This document shows, in pieces, positions 36,212 through 46,176 of a stretch of DNA of 64,000 nucleotides. The DNA comes from Nanobdellota archaeon (GTDB lineage Archaea; Nanobdellota; Nanobdellia; Pacearchaeales; GW2011-AR1), in NCBI GenBank assembly GCA_038045765.1, contig JBBSXN010000003.1, positions 94,356 through 158,355 of the forward strand, given 5' to 3'. The notes beneath the pieces were generated by a model, which did not search any database, was not told the DNA's origin, and worked only from the letters and a program-made list of their open reading frames with translations. The position numbers and the translations under genes were made by a program. Position 1 is the first letter of the stretch. Every line of letters starts with the position of its first letter.

Positions 36212-37364
36212 GACGCAGCTCCATTACTTGTCCGACATCTTTGTCGCCTCTTCCAGAGAGATTTATTATTACACAATCTGAAGGCTTGAAGTTAGCTTTG
36301 TTTTTTACTACGTATGCAACTGCATGTGCAGATTCTAAAGCTGGAAGTATCCCTTCCATTCTAGAAAGATATACTAAAGCATCTAAAGCCTCTTGGTCAG
36401 TTATACCCTCATATTTTGCTCTACCCGAGTCTTTTAGGAAACTATGCACAGGTCCAACTCCAGGATAATCAAGGCCTGCTGAGATGCTATGCGCTTCATC
36501 AATCTGTCCATCAGAGTTTTGAAGTACAAAAGATTTACTTCCTTGGAATATTCCAACTTTTCCTTTGCTTAGAGTTAGTCCGTGCTTTTTGTTATCTCCT
36601 GCTGCTTCAACTCCAATTAATTCTACTGGATCTTTCAAGAATGCGTCAAAGATTCCAATTGAATTTGAACCTCCACCAACACAAGCGACAATTGATGTGG
36701 GTAGTTTTCCATGTAATTTAATAATTTGTTCTCTTGTTTCTTCTCCTATAATCTTTTGAAATTCTTGCACCATTTTAGGATAAGGATGAGGTCCAACAAC
36801 ACTTCCAATTAAATAATAGGCTGTTTTTACATTTGAAAGAAAGTAACGTAGAGCATCATTTACAGCATCTTTAAGTGTTTTGCTTCCGCTTGTTACCGGG
36901 ATGACTTCAGCGCCGAATAATTTCATTCTGTAAACATTTAATTTTTGTCTTTCAATATCTTTTTCTCCCATGAATACTTTAACTGGTATCTTAAGAAGCG
37001 CCCCTACAACTGCTGTTGCAACTCCATGCTGGCCTGCTCCTGTTTCTGCAATAATCTCTTTCTTTCCCATGTATTTAGCAAGTAATGCTTGACCAAGAGC
37101 ATTATTTATTTTATGAGAGCCAGTATGAAGCAAGTCTTCTCTCTTTAGATAAATTTGAAATCCAAGATCTTTAGACATTGCTTTTGCATGATATAAAATA
37201 CTTGGTCTTCCTGCAAAGTTTTTTAGCAAGTCTTTTAATTCTTCTTGGAATTTTTTAGAATGAACGTGAGTTAAGTACGCTTCCTCAACTTCTTCCATTG
37301 CAGGAATCATCATTTCTGGAACGAATGTTCCACCAAAGTTACCAAAATAAGAATCGCTTTTCAT
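36201..37364 (-). CDS. trpB: tryptophan synthase beta chain
   Basis: YFGNFGGTFVPE, REDLLHTGSHKINN (PLP Lys) and GGGSNSIG. Confidence 0.95.
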   Translation of the reverse strand: MKSDSYFGNFGGTFVPEMMIPAMEEVEEAYLTHVHSKKFQEELKDLLKNFAGRPSILYHAKAMSKDLGFQIYLKREDLLHTGSHKINNALGQALLAKYMGKKEIIAETGAGQHGVATAVVGALLKIPVKVFMGEKDIERQKLNVYRMKLFGAEVIPVTSGSKTLKDAVNDALRYFLSNVKTAYYLIGSVVGPHPYPKMVQEFQKIIGEETREQIIKLHGKLPTSIVACVGGGSNSIGIFDAFLKDPVELIGVEAAGDNKKHGLTLSKGKVGIFQGSKSFVLQNSDGQIDEAHSISAGLDYPGVGPVHSFLKDSGRAKYEGITDQEALDALVYLSRMEGILPALESAHAVAYVVKNKANFKPSDCVIINLSGRGDKDVGQVMELRHEI

Positions 37365-37774
37365 GCTGCCTCTGCAAGAAAAGGACCTACACCCATATTA
37401 TTGCTTAAAAATCCTGTGAGCTGGTCTAAATCTCTAAAGTTAGGAGAGAGACCTATCCTTATCGAATCTCTTTCTTCAGTTATTATTATTGGTAATCCTA
37501 TTTCTTTTGCTCTTACTGCTAATTGAGCTGAAGGTGTAAATGCAAATCTCCCCATATCTAATAAACGCAAAGCGTCAAGATCTGACTGCGGAGTTGATTC
37601 TGGTAAAGAGCATAGAATTTCTGGAGCAACGTATCTTTGAGTATTAGAATCAATTTTTGCTCTATATACTCTACTTAGAAATGGAGTGTTATCTCTAACT
37701 GAAAGCGCAGGTGTTGTTCTTGCGCTTTGGGATTCATATGCTGTTCTTTGATCTGATGTATAAAGGTCATCCAT
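37361..37774 (-). CDS. hypothetical protein translationally coupled to trpB
   Basis: 137-aa ORF whose stop overlaps the trpB start by 4 nt. No motif recognised. Confidence 0.45.
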   Translation of the reverse strand: MDDLYTSDQRTAYESQSARTTPALSVRDNTPFLSRVYRAKIDSNTQRYVAPEILCSLPESTPQSDLDALRLLDMGRFAFTPSAQLAVRAKEIGLPIIITEERDSIRIGLSPNFRDLDQLTGFLSNNMGVGPFLAEAA

Positions 37775-37857
37775 ACATTTATGGAGATTTTTACCCTATT
37801 TATATATTAGGTCATAAATAGATAGATATATAAAGAAAAGACCTATATCTATATTAT

Positions 37858-38496
37858 ATGTCACAAATAGAACAAGAATTTAGGCAATTTATGGCCAAAA
37901 GGCCTGAAATAGGTAAGTGTTACAAGTCTGGATTGATTAATCGGAGGTCTCTTGCTAGATATTTAATTGATAACAAACTAGCTAAAGGAAATCAATTAGA
38001 AGCAGTTATTGCAATGCTCCGAAGGTATGATTTTGGAAAATCAGGGGTTCATGGTTCTACTTTAGATATAAAGAGAACTACAATGAAAGATAATATTTTG
38101 ATATTGGATTTTGAAAAGCAGAAAGAATTTTTGAAGGAATTGCAGAGAATAATAACTCATATAGATTATGATCAGGGAGACACTTTGAAAGTTGTTGTTG
38201 GTTCTAGCTCTATAAAATTATTTATTGACAAGCAAAAAGAAGCTGAGCTAAAGGATATTATCAGTAAATTCAAGTTAAAGAGAAGATTTGATAAGATTTC
38301 AGAACTTAGTCTTATCTTCGGAGAAGAACCAATTGACTCAAAAGGAATTTTATCTTTGATAACCCAGGAGTTGTTGATTCATGATATTGTTGTTGTGGAG
38401 ATGCTTACCTCTAGTCCAGAGCTTATACTTTATCTTAAAGAAGATGATGTTCTAAAGGCTTATGATGTTATAAAGGATTTAAGGAAGTCGATTTAA
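37858..38496 (+). CDS. hypothetical protein (possible C-terminal ACT-like domain)
   Basis: 212 aa. The C-terminal GILSLITQELLIHDIVVVEMLTS..LILYLKEDD resembles an ACT fold pattern; weak. Confidence 0.4.
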   Translation: MSQIEQEFRQFMAKRPEIGKCYKSGLINRRSLARYLIDNKLAKGNQLEAVIAMLRRYDFGKSGVHGSTLDIKRTTMKDNILILDFEKQKEFLKELQRIITHIDYDQGDTLKVVVGSSSIKLFIDKQKEAELKDIISKFKLKRRFDKISELSLIFGEEPIDSKGILSLITQELLIHDIVVVEMLTSSPELILYLKEDDVLKAYDVIKDLRKSI

Positions 38497-38504
38497 CTTT
38501 AATT

Positions 38505-39392
38505 ATGGAATTAGGTAAAATTGTCTCAAAATTAGATAAAGACTTTGATATTAATAATGTCAATGATGATTGGGAGTGGATGTTTGATGAGCTCTTTTTA
38601 GAGAAATCACTTGCTTCTTTTAGAAAAACTGGAAAAAATACTGGTCTCATGATTAAAAATTCTGATGAAGTTAATAAAATATATACTGCTTTTTCTCCTA
38701 GCAGATATGTTTTAGAGGAAATAATGATGAAAGGAATAGTTAATTGCCTACTTATTGTAAAACATCCCTTTGACTGGGATGGGAGAAGAAATGGACCAGG
38801 TTTTATATTTTTTAAAGAAAGAGATTATCAGTTAATGGAAGGTATGGGTGTATCCATATATTCATTACATACTCCTCTTGATAAGAATAGAAATAATAAA
38901 GTTGTTTCTACAGCATATGCATTCGCAAAGATTTTAAAATTAAAAGTAGAAGATGAATTAGCTAGTGATGTTGTTAATCCAAGTTTAAATTTAGGTTTAA
39001 TAGGAAAAGTGCCTGAAAAAAAGCTTAATAACTTGATAAAAAGATTAAATGGTTTACTAGATTATAGAGTTAAAGTTGATAGAGTTAATGAGTTTGTTGG
39101 AAAAGTTGCCATTGTAACTGGATCAGGTTTTATTCCTGAAATTGTAGAAAAAGCTAAAGAGAAAGGAGTTAACACATACATTACTGGTGTTATTAGCCCG
39201 AATGCTTCTGAATATGATAAAAAGACATACAAAGAAAAGTTTTCTAAAATAAGAAAAATGGGATTAAATATAATCGGTTGTTCTCACTATTTAACTGAAA
39301 AATGGACTATGTTATATTCAATCCCTTATTTTTCAGATATATGTAAATCGGAATTTATAGAAGACAAAGAAGCTTTGAATCTTCTCGAGTAA
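38505..39392 (+). CDS. NIF3-family (dinuclear metal centre) protein
   Basis: IVKHPFDWDG, LHTPLDK and the C-terminal CSHYLTEK resemble NIF3 metal-ligand segments. Confidence 0.5.
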   Translation: MELGKIVSKLDKDFDINNVNDDWEWMFDELFLEKSLASFRKTGKNTGLMIKNSDEVNKIYTAFSPSRYVLEEIMMKGIVNCLLIVKHPFDWDGRRNGPGFIFFKERDYQLMEGMGVSIYSLHTPLDKNRNNKVVSTAYAFAKILKLKVEDELASDVVNPSLNLGLIGKVPEKKLNNLIKRLNGLLDYRVKVDRVNEFVGKVAIVTGSGFIPEIVEKAKEKGVNTYITGVISPNASEYDKKTYKEKFSKIRKMGLNIIGCSHYLTEKWTMLYSIPYFSDICKSEFIEDKEALNLLE

Positions 39393-39413
39393 AATTGTTT
39401 TTTAGATGAGTAT

Positions 39414-39821
39414 TTAAGAGTTTAGTCTAGAACAGTTTGTTTCTTCGTAGATGAATAAATTACCAAGACCGTTATCTATTATTTTTTTATTTACTAATGT
39501 ATTGTCTTCAGTATAGACCCAAGCTAAGGTTCTATTATATTTGTCAATGCCTTGTTCTTCAAGAGTTAGATTTTGGTTTTTTATCAGTTGGAAGAGGAAA
39601 TTTGAGGCTTCTTCATATCCATTTTGACCTTTTTCTGGAGTATCTACACATAGAAGACGAATTGTTTTTTCCTGGTAGATGAAAGTGTCTCCATCAATTA
39701 CTTGAAGGTTATTGGTAGTATTGTAAGTATTTGCTTGTTTGTTGGAAATAATGTAAGAAGCAAGAATTAATAGAAATAGGATAGATAATAGTGAAATGGT
39801 TATGATTGTTCTCTTTTTCAT
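39414..39821 (-). CDS. membrane-anchored thermonuclease (SNase-like)
   Basis: N-terminal anchor, then VIDGDTF, IRLLCVDTPE and DKYNRTLAWVY. Confidence 0.8.
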   Translation of the reverse strand: MKKRTIITISLLSILFLLILASYIISNKQANTYNTTNNLQVIDGDTFIYQEKTIRLLCVDTPEKGQNGYEEASNFLFQLIKNQNLTLEEQGIDKYNRTLAWVYTEDNTLVNKKIIDNGLGNLFIYEETNCSRLNS

Positions 39822-39899
39822 ATGTCTAACTGTTGTTTTTATATTATTAAAAGTTTGTCTTATCTATAATTTTAAAAACTCCTTCAGTGTTGATTAATT

Positions 39900-40904
39900 A
39901 TGGATAAAATTGTAAATGCTTATGCTGCTAAGAAGGCTGGTACTAAACTTGAGCATTTTTCTTACAAGGCTAAGGAGCTTGGTTTGCTTGATGTTGAAAT
40001 AAAAATAACTCATTGCGGGATATGCCATAGCGACATTCATTTGATTAATGGTGATTGGGGAGATTATTTTCCAATTGTACCTGGCCATGAAATTATTGGA
40101 AATGTTAGTGCTTTGGGTAAAAATGTTAAGGATCTTAAAATGGGCGAGCGAGTTGGTGTTGGTTGGCAGGCTGGTTCTTGTATGAAATGTGAATATTGCT
40201 TGAAGGGGGAAGAAAATCTTTGTCCGGAAGAAAAAGCTACATGCCAAGGAAATCATGGGGGTTATGCCGATTCAATAAGAGTTGACAGCAGATTTGCATT
40301 TTCTATTCCTGAAGAGTTGAAATCCGAAAATGCTGCGCCTTTAATGTGTGGAGGAATTACGGTTTATTCTCCCATCTTTAGATATGCGAAGCCGGGGATG
40401 AAAGTTGGAGTTATAGGAATTGGTGGTCTTGGACATTTAGCAGTTCAATTTGCTAAAGCTCTTGGATGTGAAGTTACTGCCTTTTCAACTTCAGAAGATA
40501 AGGAACAGGAAGCTAGGAAACTAGGAGCTAGTAAATTTATTCTAAGTACAGATTCAGAACAAATGAAAAAAGTAGAAGATACTCTTGATTTTATTCTTTC
40601 TACAGTTAATGTTACAGTAGATTATGCCCAATACTTCAAAATATTGCGTAAAAACGGTAATTATTGCCAAGTCGGAGCTTTGTCAAAACCATTCGAGATA
40701 CCTTCAAATCAAGTTATCGTTAATCAGAAATCTTTGACTGGAAGCCTTACTGGAAATTGCAAGACAATAAGAGAAATGCTTGAATTTTGTGCCCAACATA
40801 ATATATCTGCTAAAACTCAGGCTATGCCTATGTCGGAAGCTAATGAGGGTATTGAAAAGGTAAAGAAGAATAAGGCGAGATATAGAATTGTACTGAAGAA
40901 TTGA
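39900..40904 (+). CDS. zinc-dependent alcohol dehydrogenase (cinnamyl-ADH/YahK-like)
   Basis: HCGICHSDIH, GHEIIG, structural zinc CMKCEYCLKGEENLC, and GIGGLGH (Rossmann). Confidence 0.9.
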   Translation: MDKIVNAYAAKKAGTKLEHFSYKAKELGLLDVEIKITHCGICHSDIHLINGDWGDYFPIVPGHEIIGNVSALGKNVKDLKMGERVGVGWQAGSCMKCEYCLKGEENLCPEEKATCQGNHGGYADSIRVDSRFAFSIPEELKSENAAPLMCGGITVYSPIFRYAKPGMKVGVIGIGGLGHLAVQFAKALGCEVTAFSTSEDKEQEARKLGASKFILSTDSEQMKKVEDTLDFILSTVNVTVDYAQYFKILRKNGNYCQVGALSKPFEIPSNQVIVNQKSLTGSLTGNCKTIREMLEFCAQHNISAKTQAMPMSEANEGIEKVKKNKARYRIVLKN

Positions 40905-40974
40905 ATTAAGCTTGACCAAAACCCTTAAATATTATTCCATCTTTGCTTTATTGTAAAAAGATGGTGTATGATAA

Positions 40975-41280
40975 ATGGTTTTAGATGCTGTTCTGTTGAA
41001 TGATATAGTTTATCCTGCTGTGCTTGGTGGAATTGGAGGATTGACAAGAGGCATTGTTGGACTGTTGAAAGCACTTTCACTTAGAAGAAGAATACTTTGG
41101 GGTTATTATGCTATTACGGTGTTAGTTGCTGCGATAATTGGTGTTTTTGTGGGAATTGTATTTAATTTTGATTATAGATTATCTTTACTTGCAGGTTATG
41201 CTGGAACTGATATATTAGAAGGAATTTACAAATCATTTGCAGTACAGAAGATTTATGTGGAGAGTAAAAGAGCTAAATGA
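40975..41280 (+). CDS. small membrane protein
   Basis: 101 aa with three hydrophobic segments. Confidence 0.45.
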   Translation: MVLDAVLLNDIVYPAVLGGIGGLTRGIVGLLKALSLRRRILWGYYAITVLVAAIIGVFVGIVFNFDYRLSLLAGYAGTDILEGIYKSFAVQKIYVESKRAK

Positions 41281-41729
41281 TAAATAAATTATTTTTACTC
41301 TTTTTAATCTGCTCTTTTGCTAGTATATTTTATGTATCTGCTGCGATGGATCCTTCAAGACCATATTGTGAGAGAATGGGTTATGGTGTAGAAGTTATTA
41401 ATGAAACTCATTATTGTGTATTTGATGATGGTGTGAAATGTGAACTCTGGACTTTTTATAGAAATGAATGTGGGGCTGATAAAATTAAACCATTACCTTG
41501 TGTTCCTTTGGGAGAACCTATATTTCAAGGAGAGTCATGTTGTGAGGGTGGTAAGGGTTATCTTCCCCCTGGTTACGTAGGACAATCTAGTTGTAGACCT
41601 GTGGAAGAAGTTGAGGAAGTACAGAAGGCATCTTACCTTAAATTAACTCTTTGGTTTTTATTAGCAATTTTAGCATTTGTTTTTATAATTTATGTTATAT
41701 CTAAAATAATTAAACTAATAAGAAAATGA
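41277..41729 (+). CDS. DUF333-like secreted protein with C-terminal anchor
   Basis: CERMGYGVEVINETHYCVFDDGVKCELWTFYRNECG resembles the DUF333 (putative hemolysin) Cys pattern. Confidence 0.55.
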   Translation: MINKLFLLFLICSFASIFYVSAAMDPSRPYCERMGYGVEVINETHYCVFDDGVKCELWTFYRNECGADKIKPLPCVPLGEPIFQGESCCEGGKGYLPPGYVGQSSCRPVEEVEEVQKASYLKLTLWFLLAILAFVFIIYVISKIIKLIRK

Positions 41730-41947
41730 GTAAAAACATAACATTGAAGATTGATTCTGAATTGTATCTTGCTTTGGAGAAAAGAGCTAAGAAGGAATTT
41801 CTCGAAGTTAATGAGCTTATTGAAGATATTGTAAGAAGAAGTATGTTATCTTATCATAAAGGAAATGTAATTGGAGATGGAAAGGTTGATGATAAGTTAA
41901 TTGGGATATTTTCAAGGTCTAAGAAAGGAAGAAAGAAGAGAAAGTAG
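41726..41947 (+). CDS. small ribbon-helix-helix-like protein
   Basis: ITLKIDSELYLALEKRAKKEFLEVNELIEDIVRR has RHH-like spacing. Confidence 0.4.
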   Translation: MSKNITLKIDSELYLALEKRAKKEFLEVNELIEDIVRRSMLSYHKGNVIGDGKVDDKLIGIFSRSKKGRKKRK

Positions 41948-42526
41948 TTATTTTCTTCTAAATGGTAGATATCTAAAAACTTTTTCTAAACCTGCTTGAT
42001 AAGATCTACCAGCAAATAATAGATTTATGTGTGTTGTATGTGAATATGATTTCTTTGGAGGATTGTGTGCTGAAAAAGTAACTATATTTGGAACTGGTCT
42101 TTTATTTTCGTCTAATAGGCCTGTGGTAGACATGAATAAGTGGTATTCATCATGTTTTTTTAAGAAATCAACCAATCTACTTACTTCTTCTATACCTGAA
42201 GTACGTAAGTCTAAATATCTGTCAATTGTATCCTTGCCTCTTCTTTGTAAGGGTTTATCTTTATCCTTTGAAACTACTAGCGGTTCATGGCCTAGAAAGA
42301 GATTTGCAATTAGGCAAGTTGATTTGGGTTTTGGAAGTCCACACAGCCCAATCTTATTTAGGTGCTTTAAATGATCTATTCTATGGTCTTCATCGCGTAG
42401 TTCTCCATTTACAGGATAAAACCATTCAAATTCCCAGGTATGTATTGTCTCATGTGGGCCAAAACGCATTGGTTCGGCATTTCTCATTAGATTATATCTA
42501 TGTAATTTCATGGGTGTTTGATTCAC
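41948..42526 (-). CDS. hypothetical protein
   Basis: 192 aa with balanced composition. The two plus-strand ORFs overlapping it look spurious. Confidence 0.5.
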   Translation of the reverse strand: MNQTPMKLHRYNLMRNAEPMRFGPHETIHTWEFEWFYPVNGELRDEDHRIDHLKHLNKIGLCGLPKPKSTCLIANLFLGHEPLVVSKDKDKPLQRRGKDTIDRYLDLRTSGIEEVSRLVDFLKKHDEYHLFMSTTGLLDENKRPVPNIVTFSAHNPPKKSYSHTTHINLLFAGRSYQAGLEKVFRYLPFRRK

Positions 42527-42582
42527 AAACTGGCTTTTTAAACCTTGACAAGTTTTATAAAGTGTCGACGGTAATTTAATAT

Positions 42583-43071
42583 ATGAAAGATAAAAAATAT
42601 GAAGAAGCGTGTTTTGGAGCAGGATGTTTTTGGGGCGTACAAAGTGCTTTTGATGAAATAAAGGGAGTTATTTCAACTGAAGTTGGATTTATGGGTGGAA
42701 ATGTTAAGTTAGATAGTGGAAATCCATATAGGGCAGTTTGTTCTGGAGATACTGGTCATGCTGAAGTTGTTTATATTAAGTATAATAGTAAAATTTTGAG
42801 TTATCAAGATTTACTGGCTAAATTCTTTGAGCTCCATGATCCTACACAAATCAATAGGCAAGGGCCAGATGTGGGTGATCAGTATAGGTCTGCAATATTT
42901 TATTATAATGCTAGACAGAAGCAGGAAGCTATGGATTTTATAAAAAAGAGCCAGAATAATTTCAAGAATAAAATAGCTACGCAAGTTGTGAAAGCGGAAG
43001 AATTTTTCAAGGCGGAAGAATATCATCAAAAATATTTATCTAAGCAGGGTTTGGGAAGCTGTTATATTTAA
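42583..43071 (+). CDS. msrA: peptide methionine (S)-sulfoxide reductase
   Basis: FGAGCFWGVQSAF, GHAEVV and YHQKYL. Confidence 0.95.
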   Translation: MKDKKYEEACFGAGCFWGVQSAFDEIKGVISTEVGFMGGNVKLDSGNPYRAVCSGDTGHAEVVYIKYNSKILSYQDLLAKFFELHDPTQINRQGPDVGDQYRSAIFYYNARQKQEAMDFIKKSQNNFKNKIATQVVKAEEFFKAEEYHQKYLSKQGLGSCYI

Positions 43072-43095
43072 ATATCCTATTTTCTTAATTCATAT

Positions 43096-43986
43096 ATGGG
43101 TTTTGGAAAAGGGGCGTTGATTGTTGTTTTGTCTTTTTTATTGATTTTGACTAGTTTTTCATTGTCTTTCTTTTTAAGTGCTAATTTATTGCTTGAACCT
43201 GAAACTTATGAGAAAACCTTTGAAAAGAATAATCTTTACGAGGATTTGTATAAACAATTTTTTGGAGGGAATGAATTAAGTGAGAATAAAATACATATTT
43301 CTCCTTCTGATTTAAAGAATACTGTAAATGGGATGGTCAGAGGGGTTTTAGATTTTGCAAAGGGAGATAATGATGACATTTATCTTTATATAAATAATAA
43401 TTCCTTGAAAAATTTCTTTATTAAGCAGGTTGAAAATGTGAGGGTTTGTAATCCTGGTGAAAGTTCATTTGATAGTTCTAGTGAAGTTGTTTGCAGACCT
43501 GCTGGAAAATCAAGTGATGAGCTTGTAAATGAGATGTTTGAAAAGAGAAATATGAGTCAGGTTTTAGCTACGGATAAAGTAAATATGGGTGATTTGTTTG
43601 GAAAATATAAGGATTTTCAGAAAATGCAGAGGTTTATCACTTATTATTATAATTCCATCTTCATTTTAAGTGTACTATTGATAGGACTTATAATTCTGAT
43701 ATTTATGATTGATAAAAATGACTGGAAAAAAGGTTTGAAGATAAGTGGGATAAGCATATTTGTTGCTGGACTAGTCTCAGTATTGACTGTTAAATTTATA
43801 GAATTTATTTTATCAAGATATATTGAATTAACTCCTGAGACAATGTATCTACAGAATAGTTTGCTGGATTTAGTTAAAGAGGTGCTTTCTACAGTTAACT
43901 TGATTGGAATTATTGCTATGGTAATTGAAGGAGCTATATTGTTGTATCTTTATATTAAAGGAAAGAAAGAAGATCATAAAAAATAG
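43096..43986 (+). CDS. membrane protein
   Basis: N-terminal TM, an extracytoplasmic domain, and three C-terminal TMs. Confidence 0.5.
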   Translation: MGFGKGALIVVLSFLLILTSFSLSFFLSANLLLEPETYEKTFEKNNLYEDLYKQFFGGNELSENKIHISPSDLKNTVNGMVRGVLDFAKGDNDDIYLYINNNSLKNFFIKQVENVRVCNPGESSFDSSSEVVCRPAGKSSDELVNEMFEKRNMSQVLATDKVNMGDLFGKYKDFQKMQRFITYYYNSIFILSVLLIGLIILIFMIDKNDWKKGLKISGISIFVAGLVSVLTVKFIEFILSRYIELTPETMYLQNSLLDLVKEVLSTVNLIGIIAMVIEGAILLYLYIKGKKEDHKK

Positions 43987-43987
43987 A

Positions 43988-44476
43988 TTAATTGTCTTTT
44001 AATATCACTATATTATTCATTCCCCTTCTCTTTCGTTCTATATATCCTTGACCTTCTAGTCTATCAAGAATTCTAGTGATCTTGGCTTTGTTTAATCCAG
44101 ACTTTTCTATTAAATCTGCTTGGAAAATCGCTTTGTTGCTCTTTATAATATTGAATATATCTTTTTCTTCTTTTTTTAGATTGTTTAAGTTAAATTCCTT
44201 TTGAATTTGTTTTTCTTTTATCTTTCTTATTATTATTTTTTCATTCGGCTTTGAGAATATCAGGAAAAGCCCAGTTATTATTAAAATTCCTACTATGGAT
44301 AATGCTAGATAGGTTTGTCTATCTATTGTTTCATACATTGGACAATAACCTCCTCCGTGTGCGATAGTGCAACTAGCATCAACAAAGCTATTTAATGCGC
44401 TGTTAAATATGAATATTATTACTATTATTAATATAGAGATTCCTATGAGGAGATAACCTACATTTTTATTTTCCAT
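43988..44476 (-). CDS. membrane-tethered winged-helix regulator (paralog of 46177..46674)
   Basis: TM1, a Cys-containing loop (DASCTIAHGGGYCPMY), TM2, then the wHTH FQADLIEKSGLNKAKITRILDRLEGQGYIERKRRG. Confidence 0.6.
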   Translation of the reverse strand: MENKNVGYLLIGISILIIVIIFIFNSALNSFVDASCTIAHGGGYCPMYETIDRQTYLALSIVGILIITGLFLIFSKPNEKIIIRKIKEKQIQKEFNLNNLKKEEKDIFNIIKSNKAIFQADLIEKSGLNKAKITRILDRLEGQGYIERKRRGMNNIVILKDN

Positions 44477-44565
44477 AGTTTATTTAATGGTTATGAGTAT
44501 AATAAAGTTGCTGTTTTTCAATGTGAAACTAGTTTCATACAAGGAATTATAAAGTATTTTTCATT

Positions 44566-45258
44566 ATGTTTTTTATGACATTTAAAGAGTTTGTTAAGGA
44601 TCTGGGTAATGATAAAGTAGAGGGAGAGATAGTTAAGACTATGTTTTATTCTCTGCTTGTTAGTTTCATTACTTTTGGAGTATTTTACTTTCTTAAGCTT
44701 AAAGATATAGAAAATCTTTTTCCTAAGTATGGTTTCTATATGTTCTTCGCATTTCTTAGTTATGCCATAATTTTGTCTGCATTTAGGCAAGTTAGATGTT
44801 TTAAGGAATTTCCTTGTATGTCTGGAATGATGATTGGTATGACTATGGGTATGATGTCTGGTTTCTTAGCAGGGTATTTTGTTGGAGCTATAAATGGAAT
44901 GTTCTATGGAGGAATATTTGGAATGGCTGTGGGAATTGGATTTGGTATATTTAATGGAAGTTGCTGTGGAGTTATGGGTATTTTGGAAGGAATAATGGCT
45001 GGATTTATGGGTGGCTTGATGGGGGCTATGACTGCAGTTATGATGATAAATGATAGTATGAAAATTATGGGTGGCATAGTATTTGTTGTTTGTGCAGTTA
45101 TTATGATTGGCTTAAATTATATGGTTCATAAAGAGAGTAATGGACTGGAGAGAAATAATAAGATCGATCAGTTTTCTACAGTAGTTATAAGCTTTATACT
45201 TACTACAATTACTATTTGGCTAATGGTCTTTGGACCAAGGAGTGCATTTTTACAATGA
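44566..45258 (+). CDS. Met/Gly-rich polytopic membrane protein
   Basis: CMSGMMIGMTMGMMSGFLAGYF..GIMAGFMGGLMGAMTAVMMI. Met-rich helices in a copper-gene neighbourhood. Confidence 0.5.
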   Translation: MFFMTFKEFVKDLGNDKVEGEIVKTMFYSLLVSFITFGVFYFLKLKDIENLFPKYGFYMFFAFLSYAIILSAFRQVRCFKEFPCMSGMMIGMTMGMMSGFLAGYFVGAINGMFYGGIFGMAVGIGFGIFNGSCCGVMGILEGIMAGFMGGLMGAMTAVMMINDSMKIMGGIVFVVCAVIMIGLNYMVHKESNGLERNNKIDQFSTVVISFILTTITIWLMVFGPRSAFLQ

Positions 45259-45743
45259 TAATTAAAAAAGGTCAAGGTTATATTGCTGGAATTTTTATTT
45301 TGATATTAGCTTTTGGAATATTATTCTTTTCTCAAAACAGTTTTACTGGTAATGTGGTCTCCATTGTCTCAGCTCAGGGAGATAATGTACAAGTAGCCAA
45401 GTTATCTGTTTCTGGACTTAATTATATTTTATCACCTTCAACATTTAAGAAGGGAATTCCAGTTAAAATAGAAACAGATATTGCGAATATGCCTGGATGT
45501 TCTAAGTCTGTTGTTATTTCAGCTTTTAATGTGATGAAGGGTGTTTCTTCTTCAGATAATATAATAGAATTTATGCCTGATAAAACAGGTACATTTAATA
45601 TTGCTTGTTCTATGAATATGTATCATGCGACATTTAATGTAGTTGATGATTCTGGTAAAGCTGCAAATTATGTTCAACCACAAAGTGCTTCTGCAGGAAG
45701 CTGTGGTATGGGTGCCGGGTGTGGTTGCGGAGGAATGAGATGA
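45255..45743 (+). CDS. cupredoxin-like domain protein (paralog 1)
   Basis: TM anchor, then GIPVKIETD..PGCSKSVVI..TGTFNIACSMNMYHATFNVV and a C-terminal Cys/Gly tail CGMGAGCGCGG. I chose the ATG overlapping the upstream stop (ATGA). Confidence 0.6.
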   Translation: MIIKKGQGYIAGIFILILAFGILFFSQNSFTGNVVSIVSAQGDNVQVAKLSVSGLNYILSPSTFKKGIPVKIETDIANMPGCSKSVVISAFNVMKGVSSSDNIIEFMPDKTGTFNIACSMNMYHATFNVVDDSGKAANYVQPQSASAGSCGMGAGCGCGGMR

Positions 45744-46123
45744 TAATTAAAAAATCTGTGTTATATACTGGATTGGTTTTAGTCTTAATTGTGATTGGAG
45801 CTTTTTTATTCTTTAGGTCAAGTGATAGTAATACTAATGGAAACGATATTAATGGAAAAACTGTAGATGTACAGAATGTGGTAATTGGAATAAAGAATGC
45901 CAATTATTATCCTAACACTATTAATGTTAAAGCTGAAGTACCTGTAAGAATCAGTCTTGATTCAAGTGTAACTGGATGCTATAGAGGATTTAATATTAAA
46001 CAATTAGGTGTAAGCAAATTGTTGAAAACTCCAAATGATTATGTTGAGTTTACTCCTACGAAGGGAACTTACAGGTTTACTTGTAGTATGGGTATGGGTA
46101 CTGGAACTTTAATTGTGGAATAA
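45740..46123 (+). CDS. cupredoxin-like domain protein (paralog 2)
   Basis: NYYPNTINVKAEVPVRISLDSSVTGCYRGFNI..KGTYRFTCSMGMGTGTLIVE. The start overlaps the upstream stop. Confidence 0.65.
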   Translation: MIIKKSVLYTGLVLVLIVIGAFLFFRSSDSNTNGNDINGKTVDVQNVVIGIKNANYYPNTINVKAEVPVRISLDSSVTGCYRGFNIKQLGVSKLLKTPNDYVEFTPTKGTYRFTCSMGMGTGTLIVE

Positions 46124-46176
46124 AATGAGAATCTTTCATAATCTATATAAAGCTAAGGGAATATACTTAATTGTTT

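Noticed and set aside
36241-36759. Three plus-strand ORFs overlapping trpB.
   Set aside because: They are antisense to a clearly conserved trpB reading frame.
39894-40256. 120-aa minus-strand ORF.
   Set aside because: It is antisense to the zinc-dependent alcohol dehydrogenase N-terminus, which contains the GHE and Cys zinc motifs.
42027-42579. Plus-strand ORFs 42027..42374 and 42226..42579.
   Set aside because: They overlap the 192-aa minus-strand ORF, which has far more protein-like composition. The plus-strand products are Leu/Phe/Ser/Cys-rich.
44518-44790. 90-aa minus-strand ORF.
   Set aside because: It overlaps the start of the Met/Gly-rich membrane protein gene, which fits the operon direction. 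Its Lys/Ile-rich product has no motif.
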